Positions 13,161 through 27,593 are shown, numbered from the stretch's first letter. The stretch: DNA of 64,000 bases from Eledone cirrhosa (GCA_964016885.1 OZ024744.1:38564001-38628000); one strand, 5' to 3'. Numbers and translations: made by a program. The notes: generated from the letters alone by a model not told the origin.

Positions 13161-13481
13161 CCTGCATATATTTGATATATTTCACGAGGGCCACAAAGAA
13201 CACGTCAATGGCTCATTTGTAGTTTGTTTTTTTTTTAGATTTCCCCATCGCTCACGTGTATATTAGTATATTATGTTATATTTTACAGAAGAAAAAAATT
13301 AAATATATCCATGACACCCCAGGGAACCCCTTACATGTAAACATTTGAAAAGGTCTGAGGTTCACAGAGAACAACCTAAAAGCCAACCGTTGCCGACACC
13401 TGCATTCGATAATGCAGTTCACGATTCACTATACCTAGAAATGTTTGTACACACACACACACATTATATATATATATATAT

Positions 13482-13622
13482 ATAAAGAAAAAAAGATGAA
13501 ATCGAAAATGCAACTGGAGTCTTATTTTAAAAAAAATATATATATTTATTTGGTTCCCTTACCGGTTTCGCAGTTCTTCTGCTTTTCAAAAGTAGAGTTG
13601 AGATGGAGGGTCTGTGGTTTTT

Positions 13623-13627
<5 letters not shown>
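13482..13627 (-). mobile_element. Solo PLE terminal (pLTR) fragment with hammerhead motif (13557-13592)
   Basis: Near-identical reverse complement of ~2216-2360, lying between (TA)n and (CA)n. Confidence 0.85.

Positions 13628-13714
<87 letters not shown>
13626..13714. repeat. (CA)n microsatellite
   Basis: Direct observation. Confidence 0.95.
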
Positions 13715-13720
<6 letters not shown>

Positions 13721-14739
13721 GGTTTAATGAATTGCAATTATTGCAGGCGTAAAAGCATATTCATTAGCGTCGACCCAAGGAATTATTATTTGTTTCTTCT
13801 GTGACTTGATACAGCAGATGACTGCTACCTCATACCTGGTTCTTCCGTTGTGCACAAATATTTGTTACCTAAGGAGTGGGACCGTACTGTTACGTAATGT
13901 TACATCATCGAGTATGATGCGCGTGACGGAATAAAAATGTTCAACGGATCTCTTTCTCTCTCCCTGTCTCTCCCTCGCTTTCTCTCTCACTTACGGGAAG
14001 CATTCGTCCGAAAGAATTGCTAAGCTATATGTGTTCGTAATCTGGCAGGGAATGTTGGATTATTTCAGAAAACATTACGAGTTCGATTTCTTCTAACATT
14101 ATTAATGATATTAGATACAGATCCTTCTAACTACGTTAGAAGGATCTGTTATTTATTTATTTTATTTTTTTTTTGTTTCCTATGTTGACTTCTTTTCACA
14201 TTCGCTAGGTCGACAGTGTCCGGCGGTTTGTATAATCATAGCTTGTTGGATTCCAATTCTTTTTTGGCTTGTTGGGAGTTAGGTACGTTTGTGCGAGTGC
14301 TCATGATATTACTAATGTGTGTGCGGTGGTGGGAGGTGGTTAAGCGTGCTGTATGTTAATCCATCCAGATAGTTTCGTTGTTCTGCATATGCATGTAGTT
14401 TGTGTATATAACGTATCTGTGTCTGGTGGCCGTTGCTTCTTCATGGCGGTTTTGTCTGGTAGTAGTTTATTTTGGCTATCTCGTGTTACTATTTGGAATG
14501 TCCATTTATGTTTCCCCAACATTCCATGCTACCTATGACTATTCATACATTGATCGTTTACGCTTTGTATTGTAGAGGTGGACTCTGACCGTTCTGTTGC
14601 TGCTTGGTAGTCTCTATTATTCCTAGTCTGGATAACATTCTGATTTCTAAAGATAGTATTAATTCTCGCCTTCCTCTGTCAGCTAGAGGATTGGAACGTG
14701 TGATTGGTAGCGTAGCTCTATACATTTTTTTTTTTTTTT

Positions 14740-15070
14740 TTTTTTTGCGGGGCAGATTTTCTTAATTTTATTCCCAGCCACTTTACCATTGATAATATTC
14801 CTAATGTATTTTGCTATGGATTTTATCCTCTCCTTGTAACCTGTTCTAGCCAAGTCACTGTTATAATAATCACCATTATTGTCAAATCTCTTGGTTTTCT
14901 GACAGAGTCAATATCTTTATGGTGGTGCTCCTAACTATGGCCTTAGTCACCAACCTAGGATGGTTTGAGTTGAGATTTACAGTGAATTCTTTACGTACTT
15001 CAAGTCTACACAGGTAACGGAGACCGGATTCCAAGCTAAGGGTTACATCTATGAAATTGACTCTTTCTAT
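14740..15070 (-). mobile_element. Old Penelope-like (Neptune-like) RT-thumb fragment
   Basis: Minus strand VNFIDVTLSLESG..VNLNSNHPRLVTKAIV..ILTLSENQEI resembles the PLE VNFLDVTL..SNHPP..RISxLSSN motif. Confidence 0.7.
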
Positions 15071-15271
15071 TCTGCCCCCGCCACAACCTCAAATACTTAG
15101 ACATCTTAGCTGTAGAAGAAACCAACCTATTAATAAAAAATTAAATCTCCCTTAGCAAAAAATACAATTGCCGTAACCATGACATACACGCTCTGCCTAA
15201 GGAAAAATATTGTATATGAATGTAATGTTAATGGCCGTAAGAGAACATATATATATATATATATATACATA

Positions 15272-15530
15272 GGAGCGTCTGAGACAAGGTTCAATGGCAT
15301 ATAGTATAAAACATACAGAACTATCGGAATTAGCATGGAGACTAAAACTAAAGAATGAGGAATACTCGTCGTCGTGCTCAAAGATTAGATCTGCACAACC
15401 ATACAAAAGTGGTTCTGATATCTGTAATGTATACATAACAGAAGCTATAGATAGAACTAGAAGCGGGACATTAACAGAACTGAAATGCTTAGTACATGCC
15501 CATCGTTAAACGAATATCTGCTAGCCATAA
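15272..15530 (+). mobile_element. Old Penelope-like GIY-YIG C-terminal fragment
   Basis: TELSELAWRLKLKNEEYS..AQPYKSGSDICNVYITE resembles TxLSxxIWxLK..AxPY..CNLCLxE. Confidence 0.65.
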
Positions 15531-18500
15531 CGCCTAAATACTAAGACTGCAGTACATTAGACGACGTAAACTATGATTTAAATTATAAAACAACTGTGAT
15601 CATGTTGAGACAATCCATATTACAAAATAATCATACAGATCTAATAGATGAAAACACAATAACCACAATTTGTCTCTACACCAATCAATATAAACTGAAC
15701 TTAAAAATATCGTCAAATAATAAATAAAATTCAACTGAAAAAACATAGATGCGGTGATATCGATATCGACACGAACCTGATATCACGAACGGCAGATAAA
15801 TTGAATCCACCTACAACCAAAACTTACCCACGAGTTAAATAACCAATTGGAACTGTATGTACCAAATAACGCCCTTAGGATAATCTTCTTGGGTAACCTT
15901 CCTATGTGTCGGCTACAACTTACATGCATTCGGGGACTGGTACTCGGTGAGTATAAAAATATCCTATTTACATGTAATTCATAAACAGAGAATGGCCGAA
16001 AGCACTGAATAAACTCTCTCTGCTTAAGTCATAGTATATAAGGTTTTCAATTGTGTTTTTTATTCCTTGTGGTCCAGTCACGAGTTTCGGATTTTTTTTC
16101 TTCTGTTCTTTAATCATACACTTATTCTCATCTTTGTTCTTTATTCCTATAATTTCTGGGGGGGTTTTAATATGTATTATAATAATTGAAAATTGTAATG
16201 TTCTGTGTATATATGGATGTATTTAACCCACGAGAATTGCTTTTATGTGTATGGATATTATGAGCTACTTCATTATTATATTTTAAAACTTTCTTTTAAA
16301 TGCTCTTTAGATATGTTTTTAGGGCCAAGATACTTTTCAGGGCCACCAAAATTGAAAGGGTGGAAGCCGGGAGGAAAGTATCTTCAAACCGGTATCCTGC
16401 TCCGAATGCTTGCATCAGAGGGAACTCCGCTAAAGGAATCCAGTTAGTGGCGTTAAAACTGATTATGTCTACCACCCAAATTGCAAAAAGATATATTTAT
16501 AAACATCAAGAGTAAACGAAATATATCTCACTAAATTATTTTTAATAATAAAAAATATATATTTCTGTACAAATTCTGAAGCTTTAATATTTAAAACATA
16601 AAAATCCTTCCTTTTTCTTTTCTTTTTTTTATTTGCCCAGTTTTTATGATTTATATATTTCATGTTTTGCTAAATACAAAACTCCTACCCTAAATTTTAT
16701 TTTTCCAAAGGAGATTACCTCCGATTTGAAAACGACATTTTGATGACTCTAACGGATAAAGAATCTAGAGTGTTCTAGGAAATGATTCTCTGATTTGGGT
16801 TACCATTTTCTGTTTTAGACCATTCAGTTGCTAGAACCTAATAAAACATTTGAGAACTCTATATACACTGTTACATTTCCTTATAATAACGAGCTGGACA
16901 TAGACAAAGTAACATTATTGGTTGATCTCTGCAACAAGAATTAAAAACTTTAAGCGTTAATACAGCTCAATGTGCAAACAGTTGTCAGTCCTGAAATTAT
17001 GAAACCCCAATTACAAACTTACCAGAATTTTAGTTCATCAGTTTGATGCGTGGAACAATTTACTAATAAACAGCTCTTCTGTTCCATCTCTACTTCATCT
17101 GCACGGACTAGTTGTTTCGAAAAAATTCACAAATACGAATACGGTGGAGCATCATTAATTCTGACGTTATCTAATATATAGTGATTGGAGGACTACGGTA
17201 CTGTGCCAGGGATAATTTTTCTGAACACGTTATTAAAATAAGTTGGATTACTTTTAATAAATCATGAATGAATATTATGTAATGTATCTACTAAATTTCC
17301 TAGTTCTTGATTAAACATAAATATTCTTATATATAAATAATGTATAGCTTATTTTAAGATTTACTTCTTTCCTATTAGCGTCCGTTATATCATAACTCTT
17401 ATAGCCGTACGTTCATATATTTGCATCATAACGTTTATATTTTCGTCGCTAATTTTCTCCTTTCTCGTAATCATAACATTTCACCGTAATGTAGTTTATA
17501 TATAATATCGTCTTTTTTAAATGGATCATGGATTACTTTACTGATTACGGAAGAGTGTGTAACAGTCTCTCTTCAATGCATATTGTCAATTACGATTTTA
17601 TTTGACGTATCATATCTACATGCATGAAAAACCTTCGGGTCGTTTTTCTGTTAGTAAATATAAATACAAAGTTGATTATTTGTAAAAGATCAATAAATTC
17701 GCAGGGTAGGGGTGGGGAAACTTTCACCAGTGCCCCAAACAAAATTCTCTATTATGTTCACGTATAACCACAATTTGATCGTGAACCTCGTTTTAATACT
17801 GTTTGTATTCACAAAACTGTTTTACTCTCATGGCCGAAATAAAAAAAATAAAAAATATGGACACATTATTATTAACCAATGCACTGTATTTATTTGACTG
17901 AAATAGAAGATGAGTGTTCAACCTACACGTGAAATTAAAGTGTAAGTGGCTGAGTATTCCACAGATATGTGTCCTCTCGGGGAGATTCTGTGTAAAAGCT
18001 TTTAGAATAAGGCAGGTCATTTGAATTAGACACAGTCCACTCCAAACAGTTACTGTTTACCCAATTTTACTCGCATAGCGTGAGTCCCACGATATGACAT
18101 AGGGAGACAGAAACTGGGAGCTAATGATTGCGAAGGGAACTTCTAAATTATTCGACCATGCTGTAGCATCTATATTTACTTGATCACAATCAAAGCGACA
18201 TCACTTTCTTTTTCTTATCAGGACGGAAGTGTTTCTGAAAGGTTAAATTTATTCTATGAATTTCACACCTTTAAGGATAGACATGAGAATTTCACGTAGC
18301 CCTAAGAGTGAAGTGCAATTCTATGCATTCCGAAGGGAATCAACATCATGACCCTCATATCCAGTATTGTCCACGGTTTAGTTCAAGGAAGTTTCATAAT
18401 CGCACAAATCTTCGAGGAAGGTGCTATTAGCTGCTGTTTGATATTCTCTTATTCTGAGAAGTATTTTTAACGGCTACTTAAACATTTTTTATGAACGTTT

Positions 18501-19595
18501 TAAATATTTTAACCTTCATTTACCATGTGAGTGCATGCAGTAATTGATGCACACTGTAAATTTACTGCAGGAATCAGTTTCACGCTAAAATACAATTCCC
18601 ATTATCAATTCTCCTGGTTGTTTTTGTTTTTTTAATTTTGTGTCTCACCTTACTCAATATTCCAATTATCCATCCTCTGCAAAGTGGTAATAGTTGTCCG
18701 CCATATTTCTCATTCACCCAAGGAAATTTATGCCATTTTCGACTATTGAAATGTTTTCGAATATTGACAATTATTTCCGTCCACCTGTGGACCGAAATTA
18801 ACATTAACACTACATCAACACAAGAAGGTGACATATACAATAGAGTTGAAAATATTGCAAACTTGCCAACCTCTAAAGACTCAAACGGGGAGTACCATGA
18901 AAAAAAGGGTCCCAAGGCGGAGAGAATGAGGCAAAGTGGAGAGATTTTATATAATGAAAGCTATACCAATTTGCACAAGAGAAGACGTCTCTCACCCACC
19001 ACATGGGGGCAGGAGATCTCCCCGTCGAACGAGGAGAGTTGAAAGGTCTGATATTAGGAGATAGATAGCCAGCCAACGAAAATTACTCCAGATACAATAT
19101 ATTGAGTTTGAACCCATTTCTATTAGACCGCACCAGTATTGTTGTTATTATACTGCATTAACTGGTATCTTTTACGGCGGAAATACAACACAACTAAAGT
19201 TTTAAGACTATTCCTCTCCCTAAAATAGAGATAAACTCGCGATCCCCATAACAGGCTTTATGTTCACCATAAAGTCCTTTTTGAATAAATTTTTACAGTT
19301 GGATGTCCTTCAATTTTGTCGCCTTTTACGACATGCAGGGATAGTGCGTATCCAATCTAAACACACAAGACTTTTATCATCAAAATATTTTAGGAAACAA
19401 TAATAGACTTCTTTTTTTATTATTTTAATGATTGCAAACTTCCTGATCGATTAGATATTTCAGTGGTAGGAACTTTCTCTCCTCGCTCTGTAGAGTAAAG
19501 TCATTAATAATTACAAGTGGTTTGTTTAAACGCTCGTTACATTTAGTTTTGTATTATCACTTTCCGATACGGAAGATTAAATAGATATGTTTGGT

Positions 19596-20080
19596 AATAA
19601 TAATTGTTTATACTTTAGGCACAAGGCTAGTAATTTGAGAGGAAGGGAAAAGTCGATAAAATCAAACCCAGTGCGTACCTGGTACTTTATTTTATCGACC
19701 CAGTGAGGATGAAAGGCAAAGATAAATAATAATTGTTTCTACTTTTGGCACAAGGCCAGCAATTACCCAGTGTATTACTGGTACTTTATTTTATCGACCC
19801 CATAAGGATGAAAATCAAAGTTAACCTCGGCGGGATTTGAACTCAGAATGGCAAGGGCCGTAACTCTATGCGGCAAAGCTAAATAATAATTGTCTCTACT
19901 TTAGGCACAAGGCCAGCAATTACCCAGTGCATTACTGGTACTTTATTTTATCGACCCCGTAAGGATGAAAGGCAAAGTCAACCTCGGCGGGATTTGAACT
20001 CAGATCGTAAAGGGACGTAACTATGCTGGAAAGCATGGTGTCCGACCCTCTACCGATACTGCCAATCCACCGCCCTAAAT
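19596..20080 (-). mobile_element. Tandem trimer of SINE copies (two 5'-truncated, one full-length)
   Basis: Three consecutive reverse-complement SINE tails starting ~19600, ~19727 and ~19885. Only the last has the A-box end (CCGATACTGCCAATCC). Confidence 0.85.
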
Positions 20081-20815
20081 AATAATAACAGCTAATGCTA
20101 TTTCCTAAATTCTTCAAATCTGCAAAAGAGTGAATGAAAGACGTATTGGTATATACAAATTCTTCATTTGCTTTTTTTTTTTTTTTTTTTTTTAAACAAT
20201 GTTTATTTCTGTTTAAATCTAAGGAGAAAAGGGCTAGGATATGAATAAGTAAAATTATTTCGGCACCTATTTGATTGACAGCTTCTGTTTACCAGAATGC
20301 CCATGATTTTTTTTTTTTCCTTTTTCAGCAATTGATTTCACCGAAATTCGTCGATCAAGGAAGATTATGTCATATACTTGATCAACAATTTCTGTTTTTT
20401 AAACCGTTAATGGGCCGGAGACCCTGCTGTATACTCCGTTTTAAATTGCCCATCCTGTACGTTGCTGCACCACGTTTTCACCGTTTAGTAAAATGGGCAT
20501 TTGTCAACCAATGTTTGCATAAAACAAATAAATTCTATATTTAACGCTTTAAAAAAGTAAATTGAAGAAAATTACTGCAAGTTCGCAGTTTACACCATAA
20601 AAAAACGATCATTCCAGCTACGATGACGAAAATACAAACAGGTTTTGGGAAACTGGTTAAACTGAGAATTTCTCAGTACCCGTTCCTACAGCCATTCACC
20701 CATCCAACTATACATACATACATAAATAGATACACACGTACGTACGTACATACATACATACATACATACATACATACATACATACATACATACATACATA
20801 GATACATACATACAT

Positions 20816-21348
20816 AGTGGCTGCCAACTCGTTTTCGAGTACGGCCACTACTTTATATCCATGTAGGAGAACTCCCAACGATGCGGTGAACGAGTGGGAC
20901 TTTTTAGCCCAGCCAGCGACTTGAAAACTCTGGAACAAACACTACACCTGTGACAATTATTGACACATAGTGCTGGGCTCATGGTACCACGTGACGACAA
21001 GTGCAGAGAGATCTCCAGATATAAAGCAATGCCTGTGCCGTGAAGCTTTTATAGTGAGATAAGGCACTGCACAAAGCCAGTCCCACTCTCTTAACCAAGA
21101 TGATATTTACCAAAAAGAAGAACATGTCAACATCATTGGATACCATCAGTGTTGCAGGTGTTATATCAGAGTTTTCCTTCTCCTAGAATTCTGCCTTGAC
21201 AAAGGCCAAGGGGTCATCACTCCCGGTGATTTTGGATGGCCATTGACTCTTAAGAGCTCCTTTGCCCTTTGACAGGTTTTGTTTTTAGTCCTGCAGGATG
21301 TCCAAAGTCACCCAAGTCACATACATACACACAGGATGTCCAAGTCAC
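20816..21348 (-). mobile_element. Non-autonomous bipartite RTE-derived element within (CATA)n
   Basis: Minus-strand 3' end TACTC..GAGTTGGCAGCCACT(ATGT)n resembles the RTE 3' end at 4875-4915. Contains CAGAGTTTTCCTTCTCCTAG (21167-21186), which I recall as an RTE 5'-region motif. No ORF. Confidence 0.65.
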
Positions 21349-22104
21349 ATACATACATACATACATACATACATACATACATACATACATACATACATAC
21401 ATACATACATACATACATACATAGCTGATGCATTTTCGTTAGGCATTTAATGGGAGTATGGCAATGTGGAACAAAGTAAGAAATATAACAAATAAAGATG
21501 ACCATATTAAGACCGATAGATTAAAACATTATTGGTCGAATCTAAAAAAAATAAACTGAACTGGCCTTGTTTTCAGAACCACAAAGTAAAAATATGATCT
21601 CGTATACAAATCTGTTGCTCATTTGACATCATTGTGGTCAGGAAAATACGCGACAAAGAACACATCTATGGATCACTGATGATTCTGAAAGCCTGCATAT
21701 CCCAAATACACTTTCAGCTTTATACACATTATTATTAAAACGATAGGAAGTGTACCAAACCAATTAGGTCCAAGTATGACTAAATTTAGAATCTTGCACA
21801 AAGAACGCAACTCCGTATGTCATGCACTATAGATAATCAGATATCTAGAACAATAAAAATGTGTAAGTTAAAGGGAGATGGTTGCACAATGACGAGAGGA
21901 ACAAGACACATTTTTTTTTTTTAAAGTCGTTATTTATAAGCTTGCCACAGAGCAAGCGGTCCGAGAAAATAAACTCTAATCAGGGATAGACAACAAGTAT
22001 TTGTATGTATGTATGTATTTTTATGTATACACATAAACATACATACATGCATGCATGCATGCATACATACATACATACATACATACATACATACATACAT
22101 ACAT

Positions 22105-23977
22105 ACGATTCTGTTCCCCACCCTTGGATGATAAAGGCCCTCCATCTTGCTAAAGTCCCAGACATTATTGTCAGAGCCATAGAGAGGCTGTCTTCTTCTT
22201 GGGCTACTATCCTAAGGTTAAAGACAGAGAGGGAGGACTCTATTTTCACTGATAAAATAAAATATTGCAGGGGTATATTTCAGGGGGACAGTCTCTCTGT
22301 GATATTGTTCATCTTGTCATTAAACCCCTTGTCCTTTCTGCTCAAGAAATGTGAGTGATACATCATTGGCTCATAGGAGGACAAAAATACGAACCTAACC
22401 CATAATTTCTTTGTGGACGATCTGAAACTCTATGCCAAGAACATGGATGGGATGAAGAAAAACCTTGACCTGGTTACAACGTTCTCAAAAGATATAGGAA
22501 TGGAGTTTGGCCAAGATAAATGCTCATACATGACTATAAAGCGGGGAAAAATAACAACCCAATCTAGCAACATTGTCATCAATGGTCTAACTGTTTCACC
22601 AATATCTGATGAGGACTGCTACATATACCTGGGGATAGATGAGAACATATCCTATAATGGTATCTGTAATAAAGAACGCGTAACCAGGGAATACTACACC
22701 CGATTAAGAAAGATCTGGTCATCGGAACTCTCTGCCCAAAACAAATCAGTGGCTCACAATGTGTTTGCTGTGCCTGTCCTAACACCAATATTTGGAATAG
22801 TCAATTGGACGATAGACGAAATCAGAGCAGTTGATGTTGGAACTCGAAAGACACTAAACAACACCGGAAATTTCCACATCAACAGTGACATAACCCACCT
22901 TTACTTGAAACGTAAGCAGGGAGGCAGAGGCCTAACATCAATCCAGACAACATTTGAATATCGCATCATATCACTCCGACAACGTCTACGAACCTCGAAG
23001 CGTAGGAGCCCGCTTATCGAGCAAGTCTATCTACATGAAACAGATAAGATCATCAGAGTTGGGAAGGAACTCCTTGAGAGATATTCCCTGTGTGATAATC
23101 AAAAACTCACACCCAGGGATGTCGCTCAGCAGTATCGCAGTGAATCCATGGATGAAAAACTGCATGCCTATCAACAAAAAATCATGCATGGATATGTTGC
23201 CAGGAAACTCGAGGGGGAGAGTAATATAGAGAAGGAAAGTAGTCTATCTAAGACCAACAACCGCTATATTGGCTCCCACTTTGAAGCATACGCTTTTGCA
23301 ATCCAAGAACATGGGATTAGCACGAAATACCTGATTCACAAAACAGATAGGGATGCAGGCAAAACACCTAGATGTGATAACAAGTGCAGACTCTGCAGAA
23401 CTAACATCGAAGATATCACCCATGTCATAAGCAGCTCTCCAAAGATGTCATCGCAGTACTATCTACCTATGTGGCATGATGTAGTGGCCAAAACACTGTA
23501 CAATGCAGTTCGTATAAAGATAGCCCCGATAATAAACACATTAAAAGCTACAACAATGTAGAAGACATCCATGTACATAATATGAAAGAGTACTGGTGGA
23601 ATGTTCCAGTAAAAACCCCAATAAAATGCAGACATAACAGACCAGATATTTTGATATGGGACAGGGAGATGAAAACATGCACAGTAGTGGAAATTAGCTG
23701 CCCAGCAGATGCCAATATAATATCAAAGATTAGTGAAAAGGAGAATATTTATGCAGAACTGATGAGAAATCTGCAGATACTCCACCCTGATTACACCTTC
23801 AGATTTATGCCTGTGATTATTGGGGCACTGGGATATGTTAGTAACTGCCTCAATACAAATCTTGTGAAGCTAGGCTTCACAGGAACAGAAAGAACACAAC
23901 TAGTTAGGAAATTACAAGTACAATCCATTAATGGAACAGTAAAAATATGTAAAACATTCCAAAAATGTTGCATCTAA
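22105..23977 (+). pseudogene. RT-CCHC-RLE ORF with a stop (~22358) and a frameshift (~23530-23580)
   Basis: ORF pieces 22005-22358, 22413-23561 and 23582-23977. Confidence 0.85.
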
Positions 23978-24204
23978 TAATTGCATATACACATGTACAG
24001 ATACAAAGCATATACACTTGCACACATACAACTCAAAACATTCACATCCACACATACAATAACATCCATATCTACACATGCATGCATACATACATATCTA
24101 CCTAGTTGATGTTGTCTAAATTCCAATGAGAGAGTCTTGTGTCTATGTTAGAAACCGACTCTCCCTCTATTGGTAAAACTTTGTGAAATTATAAAACCAG
24201 AAGA
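22105..24204 (+). mobile_element. R4/Dong-like RLE non-LTR retrotransposon, 5'-truncated, inserted in (CATA)n
   Basis: [26 protein letters not shown] (RT); CRLC..EDITHVIS knuckle; RPDILIWD..VVEISCP (RLE nuclease). CATA repeats on both sides. Confidence 0.92.
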
Positions 24205-24750
24205 ACATACATACATATATACATACCATCATACATATGCCACACGAGGGTAAAAAATATCGACTAATAATATAAACGAGAAGAAAAACATTACTTTATT
24301 TGCCACAAGGGAAACACAATGGCAAGAGGAGTGGTCATTAAAAGATTTAAATAACATAAGTAAATAAATAATGTACTTACATACATACCTACAAAAACAG
24401 ACTGACAAACACATGAAGGTAAAGGGTGAACAAAACAAACAAAACAAACACTTTGCAATAGTTAGATTTTAATAGGAGAGGTAAGTTGTCAGAATTATCA
24501 AGAAATGAAAGAAGATTCTTTACTGCATTTTTTTTATTTTGTTTTTTTCTCTTCTTGTCGGTTTCGTTTATCATTTGTTTTATTTTGTCCTATTTTTTTT
24601 CCTTCTTTTTGTTTATTCAATTATTCACTTAATGTCGCATAGGAATAATAAGAAAACGGACTCTGAAAGACATTCCAACAGAAGGTGGATTAAATAGCTT
24701 CCCCGTATATACATTTATATATATACACATACATACATACGCAGACATAC

Positions 24751-24864
<114 letters not shown>

Positions 24865-25768
24865 GTAGCATATATATAGTTATATACTCATAGACAGCAA
24901 GTGTATGTATGTATATATATATATATAGGTATCTATTTGTGTGTGTGTAAGTGTGTGTGTGCCTGTGTGTTTCTGAAAGCTTACGTTCAACTAATTTCAC
25001 GTCTAACTATTACAAGAGCCTCTCCTTACTATTTCAAAAGAAAACCATTCATATGTACGGCCCGCATCCATACCTTGTACACATATACATGTTTAAAAGC
25101 ACACTGTATACACATTTCTATATACATAACCCTACATAAATACGTACAGAGAGAGAGAGGGAGAGACAGAGAGATAGAGAGAGAGAGGGGGTGATAATAA
25201 AGAGTGAGAGAGATGGATGGTGAAAGTGAAGCATATATCGAACTCATTTAGAATACACGCATACATGTACATATAAATGTTATATGCATATATTACATTT
25301 ATACATATATACATACATGAATGCATACATACATACATATATGTACATATATACACATATTCATACCCACATTCGTACACACATACACACATACATACAT
25401 ACATACATACATACATACATACATACATACATACATACATACATACAGGCAGACAAACATGCATACATCATACATATATCCATAGATCCACACATACATA
25501 CAGATACATGGATATATATATATATGTATTATATATACATATATCTTGCATCCAACCAACTATGACTCGCTACAACCCAGTCTATTCTTCTTATTCGTCA
25601 ACACGCCAGCTCTTTTCCTATAGACATCAGTTCAACGTATAAATCTTACCAGTTTTCGTCGAGCTCTTGAATGTCATGTGGGCACTCATCAAATCCGGAA
25701 ATCTATATGAGCTACGAGGACTGCAGGCTAGGCTTTCATAATTTTGAGGCCTCCCCACTTCGTTTTAA

Positions 25769-26169
25769 ATATCTCGGGTACCAAATAATAGGGTGCTTTA
25801 GAATAAGCGGGGTCTTTAGGAATAAGTGCGTCGGGAGGGGGGGTATGGAATAAGCGTGGGTGTGGGTGGAAAATCAGTAATTTATTTTGTTTGCCTCCGT
25901 TGATTTAAAAAAAAAAAAACCATAATTAGTAATTTAGTTTATACATTGGGACCCGAACCCATCCTATTTATTTTATAACGCATTGGATTTCTAGTAATGT
26001 GCTTTTTTTGCCATGTATCATGGTTTTATTTAATGTCTAAAGAAAATTAATTATCGCAAGAATGGCTACCACTAAAAATTTCACCTGAGATAGATTAGCC
26101 AAATTTAATAAGCGGGGTGGTTGGAATAAGCGGATGTGGGAGGGGGCGATTATTCAAGACCCAAGAGTA
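25769..26169. mobile_element. Probable Tc1/mariner-pogo-type MITE
   Basis: Imperfect TIRs TATCTCGGGTACCAAATAAT / ATTATTCAAGACCCAAGAGTA, with internal repeated AATAAGCGGGG motifs. Confidence 0.55.
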
Positions 26170-26719
26170 TTTAAACATATATTAAAATATTGCCATGAAA
26201 CACATTTTTGTCAAAATTTAGACTATTATAATTATTATATATATTTCCTTTTCTTCGGGTGTTGTCTCTGTTTTAGAGGTCAGCATCGATCAATACTGGA
26301 ATTTTGTCATCGGTCTGTGTGTAGGACTATATTCCTTTACTTTTAATTTTTAATAAATTTCTTGTATGCAGGTGATTGTATGTAGTGATGGTGGTGGTGG
26401 GGTGCAATGTTCTATGGTCACAGGTCTTCTTTTTTTTTTTTTTGCTTTGTTATCTTGGCAGTTTACTATAGCAAGCTAGCCAATTCTTTATGAAACGGTG
26501 CCTGTCATTCTCATGTGAATAGCATCAACCAGACGCAGATCGACCGAGTGAGTCTGAGTGTCATAAAGAGAGCGAAGAGAGAGGAGAGAGAGAAAGAAGG
26601 GCTAATAACAAAAAAAAGAAAGAGAAAAAGAGAGAAAGTGAGAGAGAGAGAGGAAGAAAGAGAGAGAAAGAAAGGAAGAGAGAAAGAAAAAAAGAGAAAG
26701 AGAGAGAGATATCAAAATA

Positions 26720-26805
26720 AATATTTGACTGGTACCTTATTTTTTTTATCAACTCCTGCCTGAATGAAAGGCAAAGTTGACTTTTGTGGGATTCAAACTC
26801 AAAGG
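26720..26805 (-). mobile_element. Degenerate SINE fragment
   Basis: ACTGGTACCTTATTTT..GAATGAAAGGCAAAGTTGAC..GGATTCAAACTC. Confidence 0.7.
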
Positions 26806-27560
26806 GCAAAAGAAAAAAATAACAGCCAGAAAAATTTACAGCACTAACAATAAACCACCATCATTTTATGACGACGCCATAAACATGGATGCCTACGCAC
26901 AACAATAAAGACAAATCGTGTTAATGAAGGTCGTTCGACGAGCTAGAAATAAAAGTGACACCACGTCTTATTGTTAACAAAAAGGAATAGTTGGCCCAAG
27001 GGTAATGCTGGTCCTGAATCTAATCCTTAAACCGGTGAGAAATTTTCATTTCAAACGGCTCAAATATATTTTTAGGATAAAATTACATGAAAATAATAAT
27101 ACAGAATTTAATATTTAGTTAAACATTCAGAAAAAGAAAGTAGCATTGGAAAGGACTATACATTCTATAAATAAGAGGAAAAAGAGGGAAAAGGCAAGGA
27201 TTATTAGGCAACGAAAGAAAGGGGAAGGGGAGAGTGATATAGACTCTACACTTAAGTCAGAGCGGTGTTTCGGCTGCATCCCGTGGACAATATGGCGAAG
27301 CCATTTCCGCAAACAATGGTCAGAATCACCTGCTGCGACAACCACCCCACCTCGTGGAGCTTCTTTCTCAAATGAGCTGCTGTCATTCACAACGATGATA
27401 TGAAGCGCTTGACAAATAACGAATGTACATATGTATACATATGAGACAGCGTGTAGGATTTGCGTCTAGAAATGACTCTTTGAAACATGCAAATATCATA
27501 AACATCCTTGTCTTACATGCATGTATAATATAGACAGGCTACAGACCGACAGACAGACAG

Positions 27561-27593
<33 letters not shown>

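Noticed and set aside
12720-13402. Older hAT-like element around the MITE (ends GTTGCCGACACCTG)
   Set aside because: No matching left TIR or TSD could be established.
16340-16515. Possible host exon (TTTTCAG|...|GTAAAC) with one open frame
   Set aside because: No recognisable domain, weak donor, no partner exons.
18638-19042. 134-aa ORF
   Set aside because: No recognisable homology or start context.
21675-21700. CTGATGA-ttct-GAAA
   Set aside because: No stem II or stem I pairing; probably chance.
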